From the NCBI GenBank assembly GCA_003233455.1, contig QILQ01000012.1, forward strand, positions 4,441-68,440: DNA of 64,000 bases, written 5' to 3'. The notes beneath the pieces are model-generated. The model had not been told where the DNA came from, made no database searches, and worked only from the letters and a program-made list of their open reading frames with translations. The stretch comes from Candidatus Zambryskiibacteriota bacterium (GTDB lineage: Bacteria > Patescibacteriota > Minisyncoccia > Phycocordibacterales > WO2-35-19). This document shows, piece after piece, positions 17,662-27,474 of the stretch. A program made the position numbers and the translations under genes. Within the stretch, counting starts at the first letter, position 1; each line of letters opens with the position of its first letter.

Positions 17662-20175
17662 TTGGTAAAAATAAAAATGACAAAGAAATTTTTAACATTC
17701 GGAATAATAATAATTATATTAGCTGGGATTTTTGTCCCGTCTGTTGTTTTAGCAATTACAGATGGACAATGTACTGCAGATCAAATAGCTGCTGGTGGCA
17801 TAACCAGAAAGCTTGGGGATATTGTTGATAGTAGAATTACACTTACAGAATACTGTCAAGAAGCAGGAGAAAAAGGAGACCAAGGGGTTGTAGGTGGAGC
17901 TATTAATGATGCTGGTGCCGCGATAAGTGCACCAGCTAAAATAGCGGCTAATTGGATGGGAGCAAAACTTTTTGAATGGATAGGTAAAATCTTAATGACT
18001 TTATCATCCCTTATTTTAATAATTTCCGGTTACATATTTGATAAAATTGTTAATTTCACCATTGTTAATATGTCAAAAAATATTGGCGACCCTAATGGAG
18101 TAGGTGGTAGTATCACTGGAGCTTGGAAAACGCTTAGAGATATCGCCAATATGGCTTTTATATTCGTGCTTCTCTTTGCTGCTTTTAAAGCAATGTTTAA
18201 CACCGATTTTAGTGGTTTTCGCAATACTGTAAAAAATATTATTATAGTGGCTTTACTTATAAACTTTAGTCTTTTCTTTTCAAAAGTGGTTATTGACGCT
18301 TCTAATATTGCTTCCGTCGGTTTTTACAATTCAATTGTGGGAGCCAATTCAAACAGTATTGAATTGGTTGCCGGCAATAAAAGCACCGCTCCCGGAGGCA
18401 CAAGTAATTTTAAAGGTATCTCTGGTGGTTATATGAGAATGTTGGGATTGCAAACATTTTACGGCGCCGATATTTTAACAGGACAAACTGATGCCATAAA
18501 AATATTTATCCTCGGTTTTATGAGTTCAATATTTATGCTGATTACCGCTGTTGTACTTTTAATAGCCGGCGTAATGTTTGCCACTCGTTTTATTATTTTA
18601 ATTTTTTTAATGATTCTCTCACCTCTGGCTTTTATCGCTTATATTATACCGGGAATGGAAGGTCACTTTAAAAAATGGAAAAGTGCATTGATAGACCAAT
18701 CTTTTTTTGCTCCATTATTTTTTGCTTTAACTTGGGTAGTGTTTAAAATTGGTTCTTCACTTGTTACAGTATTAAATGTGTCCACCCAAACAGGCAGTGG
18801 AGCACAATGGACTGATATGATGACAGATCCAAAGAGTGCTACCGCTCTCTTGCTTAATTATGTATTAATAATCGGCTTTTCTATTGCCGCTCTTGTTTTA
18901 TCCAAACAAATGGCGATTAAGACAGCTAGATTTGAAGCTATTAGTGGAGGAATTGGTACTGCAACCATTGGTGGTGTCGCCCGTGTAGGTAGGAATACTG
19001 TTGGAAGAGGGTCAAGAGCACTTCTTAATTCAGACAAATTAAGGAATGCCTCCTCTTCAGAAAAATGGTATTCGGGTGCAGCCAGAGCTGGTCTTTGGAC
19101 ATCTAAAAGAGGAGCTGAAAGCAGTTTTGATTTGAGAGCATCTAATAAATTAGGAAAAGTGCCCGGACTTGGTGGAGAATTGGGAATTCTTGGCAAAGCT
19201 GGAGGTAAAGGAGGGTTCAGTTCGGCAGTAGATAAAAAAGCAAAAGACAAAGCGGCATATTCTAAAGCTATTTATGGGCAGACGGATGAAGAAAAAGAAA
19301 AAGCTAATAAAGAAAAAAGAAAATATGAAGGATATATGGGTGATGACGGTAAATGGGTAAAAGGAGCTAAAGAAGAATACGAAAACACAAAGAAAAAAGA
19401 AGATGAAAGAATCAAAGAGGAAAGAAAAGCGGAAAAAGAAAAGATAGCAAAAACTAAGGAAGAAGCAACAAAAAATGTTAAAGAGAAGGAAGAAAAACTT
19501 CAGCAAGAAAAAGATGCTAGGATAGCTGGAGTGGGAAGTTTTATAAATGAGGAAAAAGCTAATAAAGAACTTGAAGAATCCAAAACAAAATTAGAAAATA
19601 TCACAAAAGCACATGAGTTAGCTATTGAAAGAGAAAAAGCGAAAATTGAAGACGCTGATTATTCGGAAGCTACCATAGCATTAAAAACAGAGGCCGATCT
19701 CAGGAAAGTTGGGTGGGATAAAATTAAAAATGCCGGTGCTGAAAGACAAAGAGCTTATGCTAAAAGACTTGATAAAGGTAAGTTAGGAAAAGTAGCGAGA
19801 GGGATTGGTTCAGGAATACTTAGTGGTAGTGCGGGTGCAGTAACGGGAGGAGCAATGGGATCATTAGCTGGACCAATAGGCACCATTGTTGGATCTAGTG
19901 TTGGGGGTGTTCTTGGTTTTTGGGGTGGAGTAAAAACTAGCCACCAAGGAAATAAAGCTGCCGCGAGAGCAATAATAAAGCAAGCCGAAGGGAAATCTAA
20001 AGCAGAACAATTAGCTGATGCGGCAAGAGATTATCAAAAAGAGGAAGATAAGAAAAAAGAAAAAAATGGTGCAACAGCTGAAAAAGCTACAGATACAACA
20101 AAAGAAAATAAAGAGAAGGAAGAAAAAAATGGTGCAACAGGTTTTACACCACCCCCATCGTCCGCTAACTCATAA
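17662..20175 (+). CDS. VirB6/TrbL-like polytopic membrane protein with long C-terminal K/E-rich coiled-coil and Gly-rich tail
   Basis: Signal/anchor then >=6 TM helices over aa 100-420 (TrbL/VirB6-like topology), followed by ~400 aa charged coiled-coil; sits upstream of PrgI-like and VirB4 genes. Confidence 0.45.
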   Translation: MVKIKMTKKFLTFGIIIIILAGIFVPSVVLAITDGQCTADQIAAGGITRKLGDIVDSRITLTEYCQEAGEKGDQGVVGGAINDAGAAISAPAKIAANWMGAKLFEWIGKILMTLSSLILIISGYIFDKIVNFTIVNMSKNIGDPNGVGGSITGAWKTLRDIANMAFIFVLLFAAFKAMFNTDFSGFRNTVKNIIIVALLINFSLFFSKVVIDASNIASVGFYNSIVGANSNSIELVAGNKSTAPGGTSNFKGISGGYMRMLGLQTFYGADILTGQTDAIKIFILGFMSSIFMLITAVVLLIAGVMFATRFIILIFLMILSPLAFIAYIIPGMEGHFKKWKSALIDQSFFAPLFFALTWVVFKIGSSLVTVLNVSTQTGSGAQWTDMMTDPKSATALLLNYVLIIGFSIAALVLSKQMAIKTARFEAISGGIGTATIGGVARVGRNTVGRGSRALLNSDKLRNASSSEKWYSGAARAGLWTSKRGAESSFDLRASNKLGKVPGLGGELGILGKAGGKGGFSSAVDKKAKDKAAYSKAIYGQTDEEKEKANKEKRKYEGYMGDDGKWVKGAKEEYENTKKKEDERIKEERKAEKEKIAKTKEEATKNVKEKEEKLQQEKDARIAGVGSFINEEKANKELEESKTKLENITKAHELAIEREKAKIEDADYSEATIALKTEADLRKVGWDKIKNAGAERQRAYAKRLDKGKLGKVARGIGSGILSGSAGAVTGGAMGSLAGPIGTIVGSSVGGVLGFWGGVKTSHQGNKAAARAIIKQAEGKSKAEQLADAARDYQKEEDKKKEKNGATAEKATDTTKENKEKEEKNGATGFTPPPSSANS

Positions 20176-20183
20176 TAAATATT

Positions 20184-20738
20184 ATGAACTATAAAGAAAC
20201 AATACTAAAAAGATTAAAAGAATTACCAGAGGCATTAAGGTCTTTCATATTAGACGAAAAATGGAGAGCGGATGCAGAAAGAATTGGCAAGCAATTTAAC
20301 CTTAATGAAGAAAAATACGCTTCTTTTGAAAATGAAATTTTTGTGGTATTACTCGCCCTTGAACCAATCGGTGACTTCGAAGAAAACATAAAAATTACAC
20401 TAAAACTGGACTCAAATATGGTAGGTTGGATTGCTGAAGATGTTAAAAAAAGTATTTTTGATAAAGTCTCTAGCGAACTTAATGCAATATGGAAAGAAAT
20501 TGGAAAAGCAGAAGAAAAACAAAATGAAGAAGTACTAAAAGAAAATCAAACTCCAAAAAATATAGAAAATTCATTTGAGCAAAAAATATCAAATCAAGCT
20601 AAGGCAATGCGCCCCGCCCAAAAAGCTCCAATTAATTTACCAACAGAGCAGGAGAGTGAAGTAAAAACAGAAGAAAAACCAAAAGCCACACAGAGTTACG
20701 AAATAGGAAAAGACCCTTATAAAGAACCATTAAATTAA
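20184..20738 (+). CDS. Hypothetical acidic soluble protein in T4SS-like cluster
   Basis: 184 aa. Confidence 0.3.
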   Translation: MNYKETILKRLKELPEALRSFILDEKWRADAERIGKQFNLNEEKYASFENEIFVVLLALEPIGDFEENIKITLKLDSNMVGWIAEDVKKSIFDKVSSELNAIWKEIGKAEEKQNEEVLKENQTPKNIENSFEQKISNQAKAMRPAQKAPINLPTEQESEVKTEEKPKATQSYEIGKDPYKEPLN

Positions 20739-20743
20739 AAACC

Positions 20744-21163
20744 ATGCGTTTTCAAATACCACAATTTATAGATGTAGAAGACAAAATTTTCGGACCTTTT
20801 ACTTTGAAGCAATTTATTTATTTAGCCGGAGGAGCTTCTGTGGCGGTAGCTTCTGTCACATTTTTTGGTCTTTTTTTTGGAATTCTTATTTCTTTGCCTA
20901 TTGTTGTGTTAGCTCTGGCTTTGGCTTTTTATAAAATAAACAACCGACCTTTTATTTATACTATGGAATCAGCCTTTAAATACATAACAAAAGATAAACT
21001 TTATATTTGGAGAAAAGAGGAAAGAAAAGAAGAGAGGGAAAAAAATAATGAAAAAAAATATAGCTCTTTAGTAGTGCCGAATCTGTCCAAAAGTAAGCTA
21101 AAAGATATGAATTGGGAATTGGATGTTAAGAAAAAAGAAGATAAAAAATTAGTTAATAGTTAA
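20744..21163 (+). CDS. PrgI/VirB3-like small membrane protein
   Basis: 139 aa; F.GPFTLKQFIYLAGGA...two TM helices then K/E-rich tail, immediately upstream of VirB4. Confidence 0.45.
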   Translation: MRFQIPQFIDVEDKIFGPFTLKQFIYLAGGASVAVASVTFFGLFFGILISLPIVVLALALAFYKINNRPFIYTMESAFKYITKDKLYIWRKEERKEEREKNNEKKYSSLVVPNLSKSKLKDMNWELDVKKKEDKKLVNS

Positions 21164-21184
21164 ATATTAGGTTAAAATATATAT

Positions 21185-21808
21185 ATGAGTAAAAATGCGA
21201 CTCAAGAGTTTGTGCCGATAGATGATATTAGAGATGGTATCGTTATATTAAAAGACGGCGGTATGAGAGGTATCTTAATGGCCTCTTCTATAAACTTTTC
21301 TCTAAAATCAGATGATGAAAGACGAGCTATACTGCTTCAATTTCAAGATTTTTTAAATTCTTTAGACTTTTCCATTCAGATATTAGCTCAGTCCAGAAAA
21401 CTTGACATCAGACCATATATCGCTCTTTTAGAAGGAAGATATAAAGAACAAACGAATGATTTGATGAAAATTCAAATTGAGCAATATATGGAATTTATAA
21501 AAAGTTTTACTGAATCAACCAATATTATGACCAAAAACTTTTTTATTGTAGTCCCTTACGACGCGGCCATTATCTCCACTAAACGCAACATTTTTTCCAG
21601 TATTAGCGGTAAAAAAGAAAGCCAAGAAACAAAAGAAGAAAATTTTGAGGAGAAGAAAAATCAGCTTGAACAGAGAATGGGAGTAGTGGAACAAGGTTTG
21701 GTTCGTAGCGGAGTAAGAGTGGCTAAACTTGGCACCGACGAAGTGATAGAATTATTTTATAAAATATTTAATCCGGGAGAATCAGAGAAACCTATAAAGA
21801 TAAAATAA
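21185..21808 (+). CDS. VirB4/TrsE/PrgJ-family conjugative ATPase, N-terminal domain (split gene part 1)
   Basis: FVPIDDIRDGIVILKDGGMRGILMASSINFSLKSDDER...typical N-terminus of Gram-positive-type VirB4. Confidence 0.55.
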   Translation: MSKNATQEFVPIDDIRDGIVILKDGGMRGILMASSINFSLKSDDERRAILLQFQDFLNSLDFSIQILAQSRKLDIRPYIALLEGRYKEQTNDLMKIQIEQYMEFIKSFTESTNIMTKNFFIVVPYDAAIISTKRNIFSSISGKKESQETKEENFEEKKNQLEQRMGVVEQGLVRSGVRVAKLGTDEVIELFYKIFNPGESEKPIKIK

Positions 21809-21812
21809 ATAT

Positions 21813-23627
21813 ATGTTTGATTTTTTAACAAAAAAGAAAAAAAAAGATAATTTGACCGCAGTTTCCATCTTGCCAAAATCAATAACCGAAAGTTCCGAGT
21901 TGGAGCTCAGAGACATCTTGGCACCAAGTGCTTTAAAAGTAAATTCTAAGGAACTTAATTTGGGAGAAAAACTGGTCAGGAGTTTTTTTGTTATATCATA
22001 TCCAAGATTTGTAACCGAAGATTGGTTTGCTCCAATTATAAATATGGATAAAATGTTTGATGTCTCTATTTTTATTCACCCATTGGAAACAGCTAAGATA
22101 CTTAGAAGTTTTCAAAAAAAAGTGGCCGAAGTTCAGAGCCAAATTAGAATAAGAGAAGAAAAAGGTTTAGTCCGAGATCCTGTGCTTGATACCGCTTATC
22201 AAGATTTAGAAAATTTGCGCGACCAGCTTCAGCAGGCTCAAGAAAAAATGTTTGAAGTTGGACTTTATATTTCGGTTTACGCCAGTAGTAGTGATGAATT
22301 GGACAAAGTTGAATCGGAAATAAAATCAATCCTTGAATCCAAACTGGTTTATGTTAAACCGGCTTTATTTCAACAAGAACAAGGGTTTAGAAGTATTTTA
22401 CCAACCGCCGAAGATAAACTTATGGTGCATTCCAAAATAAATTCTTCGCCTCTTTCCAGTTTATTTCCTTTTATTTCTTTTGACCTCACTTCCGATAAAG
22501 GCATTCTTTACGGTATCAACCGCCATAATTCCTCTTTAGTTTTATTTGATAGATTTTCTTTGGAAAATTACAACTCAGTCACTTTCGCTAAAGCCGGTGC
22601 TGGAAAATCCTATAATATAAAACTTGAAATATTACGCACTCTTATGTTTGACGCCGAAGTAATCGTCATAGACCCGGAAAATGAATATGAATATATGGCC
22701 GAAGCGGTAGGGGGTAGATATTTTGACATTTCTTTAAATTCCGACCATCACATCAATCCTTTTGAACTTCCCATTCCGGCGGAAGACGAATCTACCGCCA
22801 GTGTTTTACGAAGCCAAATAATAAATTTGGTGGGACTTTTCAGAATAATGATGGGAGGACTTTCAGCCGAAGAAGATGCTATTATTGACAAAGCTATTAC
22901 CGAAACCTACGCTTTAAAAGATATTACTATTGATTCTAATTTTAAAAATGTGGAGCCACCACTTCTTTCCGACTTTGAATTAGTGCTCAGTGGTATGGAA
23001 GGAGGAGAGTCTTTGGCTCAAAGGTTGTCAAAATATACTAAAGGCACTTGGTCAAATTTCATCAACAGACCTTCAAATATAGATATCAACAAAAAGTTTG
23101 TGGTTTTTTCCATTAGAGATATGGAAGACGAATTAAAACCAGTGGCTATGTATATAGTTACCCATTATATTTGGAATGCTATTAGAAGAGAATTAAAAAA
23201 ACGACTTTTAGTGATTGATGAAGCTTGGTGGATGATGAAATCAGAGGATACTGCCTCTTTCTTATTATCTTTAGCCAAAAGAGGACGAAAGTATTATCTG
23301 GGATTGGCGACTATCACCCAAGATGTGAGCGACTTTTTGAAATCTCCATACGGCGCGCCCATTATCAGTAACTCTTCCATTCAAATTTTACTCAAACAAT
23401 CACCGACAGTGATAGATAAATTGCAACAAGTTTTTAATTTAACTGATGAAGAAAAATATCTGCTCTTGGAATCGGGAGTGGGTGAGGGTATCTTTTTTGC
23501 CGGACTTAAACATGTGGCTATAAAAATAATCGCTTCTTATACCGAAGACCAAATCATCACTTCCGACCCATCTCAAATTTTGGCTATTAAAAAACAAAAG
23601 AAAGAAGATGATGAAAAGAAAAAATAA
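21813..23627 (+). CDS. VirB4/TrsE/PrgJ-family conjugative ATPase, ATPase domain (split gene part 2)
   Basis: Walker A FAKAGAGKS, VIDPENEY, Walker B LLVIDEAWWMM, RGRKYYLGLATITQD. Confidence 0.7.
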   Translation: MFDFLTKKKKKDNLTAVSILPKSITESSELELRDILAPSALKVNSKELNLGEKLVRSFFVISYPRFVTEDWFAPIINMDKMFDVSIFIHPLETAKILRSFQKKVAEVQSQIRIREEKGLVRDPVLDTAYQDLENLRDQLQQAQEKMFEVGLYISVYASSSDELDKVESEIKSILESKLVYVKPALFQQEQGFRSILPTAEDKLMVHSKINSSPLSSLFPFISFDLTSDKGILYGINRHNSSLVLFDRFSLENYNSVTFAKAGAGKSYNIKLEILRTLMFDAEVIVIDPENEYEYMAEAVGGRYFDISLNSDHHINPFELPIPAEDESTASVLRSQIINLVGLFRIMMGGLSAEEDAIIDKAITETYALKDITIDSNFKNVEPPLLSDFELVLSGMEGGESLAQRLSKYTKGTWSNFINRPSNIDINKKFVVFSIRDMEDELKPVAMYIVTHYIWNAIRRELKKRLLVIDEAWWMMKSEDTASFLLSLAKRGRKYYLGLATITQDVSDFLKSPYGAPIISNSSIQILLKQSPTVIDKLQQVFNLTDEEKYLLLESGVGEGIFFAGLKHVAIKIIASYTEDQIITSDPSQILAIKKQKKEDDEKKK

Positions 23628-23672
23628 AACCCACCCTATTTAGATTTATTACAAATTTAAAGTTTCTCGCTT

Positions 23673-23720
23673 CCCCTCTCTTTGATAAGGAGAGGGCACA
23701 CGAAGTGAGGGGTGAGGTGA
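23673..23720. repeat. GC-rich palindromic repeat element, half copy (hairpin CCCCTCTCTTTGATAAGGAGAGGG + GAAGTGAGGGGTGAGGTG)
   Basis: Shares motifs with elements at 42354-42467, 46365-46415 and 47863-47936. Confidence 0.6.
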
Positions 23721-23760
23721 TTAAAAAAGAGATAGAGAAAGTTATGATACAATACTTCTT

Positions 23761-24198
23761 ATGAAAGAAAAACCTCTACAAAATTACCCTCCTTTAAAAA
23801 GACCAGTTAGAACCATACCGCAAAAAAGTGAAGAAAAAAGAGAAAGGATAAGCGTTTGGGTGGGTGCTTCTATGATAATAGTCGCTTTATGTGTTGATGT
23901 GGCTCAAGCTCTTCTTATAATTCTCGGTATAGGATTAGCATTAGGATCAATAATAACTATTGTAGCATACTTTGTTTTTTGGATTTGGTTTATGATTTTA
24001 GGTGTATCATTTATTACTAATCCTAAAAAACTGTTGACGGTGGGTATTGGTGGAGCGGTAGAAGCTTTGCCTCTTTTTAATTTCTTACCAGCCTTTACCG
24101 CCATGATAGCAACAGTAGTCTTTATGACCAAAGCTGAAGACAAAGGTGGTATGATTGGAAAAGCGGCTAGTTTGGCTCAAGGAAAAATAAAATCTTAA
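23761..24198 (+). CDS. Hypothetical membrane protein (T4SS-like cluster)
   Basis: 145 aa, 3-4 TM helices. Confidence 0.35.
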   Translation: MKEKPLQNYPPLKRPVRTIPQKSEEKRERISVWVGASMIIVALCVDVAQALLIILGIGLALGSIITIVAYFVFWIWFMILGVSFITNPKKLLTVGIGGAVEALPLFNFLPAFTAMIATVVFMTKAEDKGGMIGKAASLAQGKIKS

Positions 24199-24238
24199 AA
24201 TATTATATATAATGGAATCTAAATGATATAATAATAAA

Positions 24239-25243
24239 ATGTTAAATAAGTTTATAAAAACTTTAATATTGGTAGGTTTTGGAGTGATAATTCTACCAAC
24301 AATCTCTTTTGGTCAAATAAAAGTAAACACTTCCTACGCTCTTTCAAACGAGCTTGGAGTTGAAATCATTCCCAACTATCCAAAACCGAATAAGATGGTT
24401 TTTATCAATTTAACCCTTTACACTAACGATTTAAATTCTGCTCTCATAACTTGGTATAAGGACGGAAAAAAAGTCTTAAGTGGCAAGGGAAAAACCAAAT
24501 ATTCATTTAGAACAGCGAATGTTGGGAAAGAAACAAAAATTGAAACAGTAATTAAACTTTTAAACGGTTCTGTTTTCTCAAAAGTTTTCACTCTGAATCC
24601 AGCCAATGTTGACTTGACTTGGGAAGCTAACTCATATACGCCACCATTTTATAAAGGTAAAGCCTTGCACCCCAAACAAGGTAGTTTAAAAGTTGTAGCC
24701 ACTCCGGAATTTATTAAAGGAGGTAAAATAATTCTTCCTCAAAATTTAATTTATAAATGGTCAAATGGTCTTAAAGTATATCAAGAGCAATCCGGTTATG
24801 GTAAAAATGTTATTATTTTAAATGGTTCAATTTTAGGAAGAAATGAAAACATAAAAGTTTTAGTGACAGATCCGGTCAATAATTTAGTGGCAGAAAGTTT
24901 TGTTAATATAAAACCAATTAACCCGGAAATAGTTTTTTACAAAGACAGCCCATATTATGGACCTATTTTCAATTTAGCCATCGCTAATAATTTTAATTTA
25001 AAAGCAGAAGAAACACAGATTCTGGCAGCTCCGTATTATTTCACCAAAGAAAATATTAATGGTTTAAAATATGAATGGAGATTAAATAATCAAGTTATTT
25101 CAAATCTTTCAAGCTCCAGAACCGCCATCTTTAGAAAACCTAAAAAACAAGCGGGAAAATCCCTTATTTCTTTGCAAGTTCAAAATCTAATTAGAATCTT
25201 GCAACAAGCAGATAGAAATTTAACAATAAGTTTTAGTGATTAA
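24239..25243 (+). CDS. Hypothetical secreted protein
   Basis: Signal peptide, 334 aa. Confidence 0.35.
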   Translation: MLNKFIKTLILVGFGVIILPTISFGQIKVNTSYALSNELGVEIIPNYPKPNKMVFINLTLYTNDLNSALITWYKDGKKVLSGKGKTKYSFRTANVGKETKIETVIKLLNGSVFSKVFTLNPANVDLTWEANSYTPPFYKGKALHPKQGSLKVVATPEFIKGGKIILPQNLIYKWSNGLKVYQEQSGYGKNVIILNGSILGRNENIKVLVTDPVNNLVAESFVNIKPINPEIVFYKDSPYYGPIFNLAIANNFNLKAEETQILAAPYYFTKENINGLKYEWRLNNQVISNLSSSRTAIFRKPKKQAGKSLISLQVQNLIRILQQADRNLTISFSD

Positions 25244-26165
25244 GAATCATAAAATGAAAAAGATAATTTTAAAAATAGGAATATTGATAATACTTGCAAT
25301 GTTGATGTTGCCAATAACACAAGTTATTGCCGCTGGTGCTACTGATAATTGGGATAATAACACAACAAGTAAAAACGAATATGCGGTTCTGGCACCACTT
25401 CCCGGTGTAGCTAATAAAGTTGGTGATACCACTACTTTAAAAAAATATATCCACGCTATTTTTAATCTGGCCATAGGTCTTTCAGCGGTAGCGGCAGTCT
25501 TAATGATTGTTTTGGGCGGTTTTCAGTATATGTCCACCGATGCTATTATGAAAAAAGAGGAAGGTAAGAAGAGGATTAAAAATGCCATATATGGCTTGAT
25601 TCTTGTTATTTCTGCTTGGCTTATTCTTTACACTATTAACCCAAATCTTTTAAAACTTAACTTAAATATAGAATCCATAACAACAGCCACTCCGGCGGGA
25701 GGAACTTTGACTGGCGTCAGAACAGCAACCGGAGTGGATCTTTTATCCGGAAACAGTTTACAAGCTGATCAAGCTATTAGAGATAATTTAGGTAAGGTAA
25801 AAGTAAATAATAAACCTTGCACAACTCAAAGAACATCTAAATGCACCAATCTTAACGGATTACCCCAATCAATGATTTCTTCTTTGAAGAATTTACAAAA
25901 AAATTGCACCCAAGGTAGTAATAATTCCTGTATTGTTCAAATTAGCGGTGGCACAGAAACTTCTTTACATATAGCAGGAAGTGAACATAAACCGGGTAAA
26001 AGTGTGGTGGATTTATCATCAAAAAACACATTAAATACTTATCTTGGATACCCAACTCCTCAAAGCGGAGACACTGTAACCAAAGATGGTTTAAAATTTA
26101 AATATGAGGTTACTGGAGAAAATGGAGTTTCCACGGGACCGCATTGGCATGTAATACCCCCTTAA
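25236..26165 (+). CDS. VirB2/TrbC-pilin-like hairpin protein fused to C-terminal domain with M23-like motif (candidate T4SS-associated cell-wall hydrolase)
   Basis: Signal peptide, two hydrophobic helices separated by a short polar loop (IHAIFNLAIGLSAVAAVLMIVLGGFQY / NAIYGLILVISAWLILYTI), C-terminal ...GVSTGPHWHV resembling the STGPHxHF motif of M23 peptidases. Confidence 0.35.
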   Translation: MIKNHKMKKIILKIGILIILAMLMLPITQVIAAGATDNWDNNTTSKNEYAVLAPLPGVANKVGDTTTLKKYIHAIFNLAIGLSAVAAVLMIVLGGFQYMSTDAIMKKEEGKKRIKNAIYGLILVISAWLILYTINPNLLKLNLNIESITTATPAGGTLTGVRTATGVDLLSGNSLQADQAIRDNLGKVKVNNKPCTTQRTSKCTNLNGLPQSMISSLKNLQKNCTQGSNNSCIVQISGGTETSLHIAGSEHKPGKSVVDLSSKNTLNTYLGYPTPQSGDTVTKDGLKFKYEVTGENGVSTGPHWHVIPP

Positions 26166-26177
26166 AGTATAAATAAA

Positions 26178-27428
26178 ATGAGTAAAAAAATATTATTGAT
26201 AATAGGAATATTGGCGGTAGTGGCGGTAGCTTTGTTTTTGATTTTAACTTCAAAACCGCAAACAACTGGAGAAAATCGGGTGGGATTTTCCGTTAGAGAA
26301 TTCTTGCCTTTTGGCAAAAATGGCAATACAGAAACAAGCAGTTCAACAACAAAAATAAAAGAAAATCAATCAATTGACACATCATTAAACACAACATCAA
26401 ACCAACTAATACCAAGACTCCGAAAAATATCCAGCGGACCGATAGCGGGAGCGGTTGTTTTTAATATTGGCACCACCAGCATCGTAAGATTTGTGGAAAA
26501 AGGCACCGGTAATATTTATGAAGCGAGATCAGATTCTTTAATAATTAAAAGACTTACCAACACCACTATTCCTAAAATAATAAGAGCTTTTTGGTTGCCG
26601 AACGGTTCCGCTTTCTTAGCTCAAACTTTAATACCGAATAGTGAGATTATAGAAACAAACTTTATAAAATTAAATAAAAATCCTATTAATGTTGGCAGTG
26701 AGAATTTAACTCCATTTAGCACCACTATCGGCAAACTGCCTACTGGTATAAAAGAAATTGCCATTAAGCCTGATAGTTCCAAAATTTTTTATTACACTGT
26801 TTCCGGTTCGTCAAATTGGTTTATTTCAAAACCTGATGGTACTGATAGTTATTTGGTAATGTCTCAACCGCTAACCGAATGGTTGCCAAAATGGATTACT
26901 TCCAACCAAATAATTATGCAGAATAAAGCGAGTTCAGAAAGTGTGAGTTTTAGTTATGTTTTTAATATCAAAAATAAAACTTTCAAAAAGATAGGTTTGG
27001 GTATTAGAGGACTTTCCACAAAGCCAAATTATAATGGAACTTTAACTTTAGCTTCAAGTGGTGGCACTTTTCCTCAATTATTTATTATTGATAATAAAAA
27101 TATTACCATAAGTAAAGTAAACGCAAATACTCTAGCCGACAAATGTGTTTGGTCTAAAGATAAAAATCTTTCTGTTTATTGTGCCATCCCAATTCAAATA
27201 CCAAACGGCAATTATCCGGATATTTGGTATAAAGGGCTTGTTTCTACTGAAGATTTTATAGAAAAAATAGACTTAAATAATGATATTTTTTATAATGTTT
27301 CCAATCTTTCTTCTGAATCCGGTCAAAAAATAGATGTGATGAATTTAAGTATTTCTCCAGACGGAGCTTATCTTATTTTCCGCAACAAAACTGATGATTA
27401 TTTATGGATGTTGAAAATTGAGAAATAA
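26178..27428 (+). CDS. Hypothetical secreted protein
   Basis: N-terminal TM/signal, 416 aa. Confidence 0.35.
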   Translation: MSKKILLIIGILAVVAVALFLILTSKPQTTGENRVGFSVREFLPFGKNGNTETSSSTTKIKENQSIDTSLNTTSNQLIPRLRKISSGPIAGAVVFNIGTTSIVRFVEKGTGNIYEARSDSLIIKRLTNTTIPKIIRAFWLPNGSAFLAQTLIPNSEIIETNFIKLNKNPINVGSENLTPFSTTIGKLPTGIKEIAIKPDSSKIFYYTVSGSSNWFISKPDGTDSYLVMSQPLTEWLPKWITSNQIIMQNKASSESVSFSYVFNIKNKTFKKIGLGIRGLSTKPNYNGTLTLASSGGTFPQLFIIDNKNITISKVNANTLADKCVWSKDKNLSVYCAIPIQIPNGNYPDIWYKGLVSTEDFIEKIDLNNDIFYNVSNLSSESGQKIDVMNLSISPDGAYLIFRNKTDDYLWMLKIEK

Positions 27429-27474
27429 TAATGTATAATTAACCAGTATTCGTTTATTAATATAATTTAATCGT

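Noticed and set aside
18858-19506. Minus-strand ORFs 18858..19250 and 19150..19506 (F/S/L-rich)
   Set aside because: Antisense of the K/E-rich coiled-coil coding region; a low-complexity artefact.
19990-20150. Tandem direct repeat GAAAAAAATGGTGCAACAG at the 3' end of the VirB6-like gene
   Set aside because: A simple K/E-rich low-complexity coding repeat, not a distinct element.
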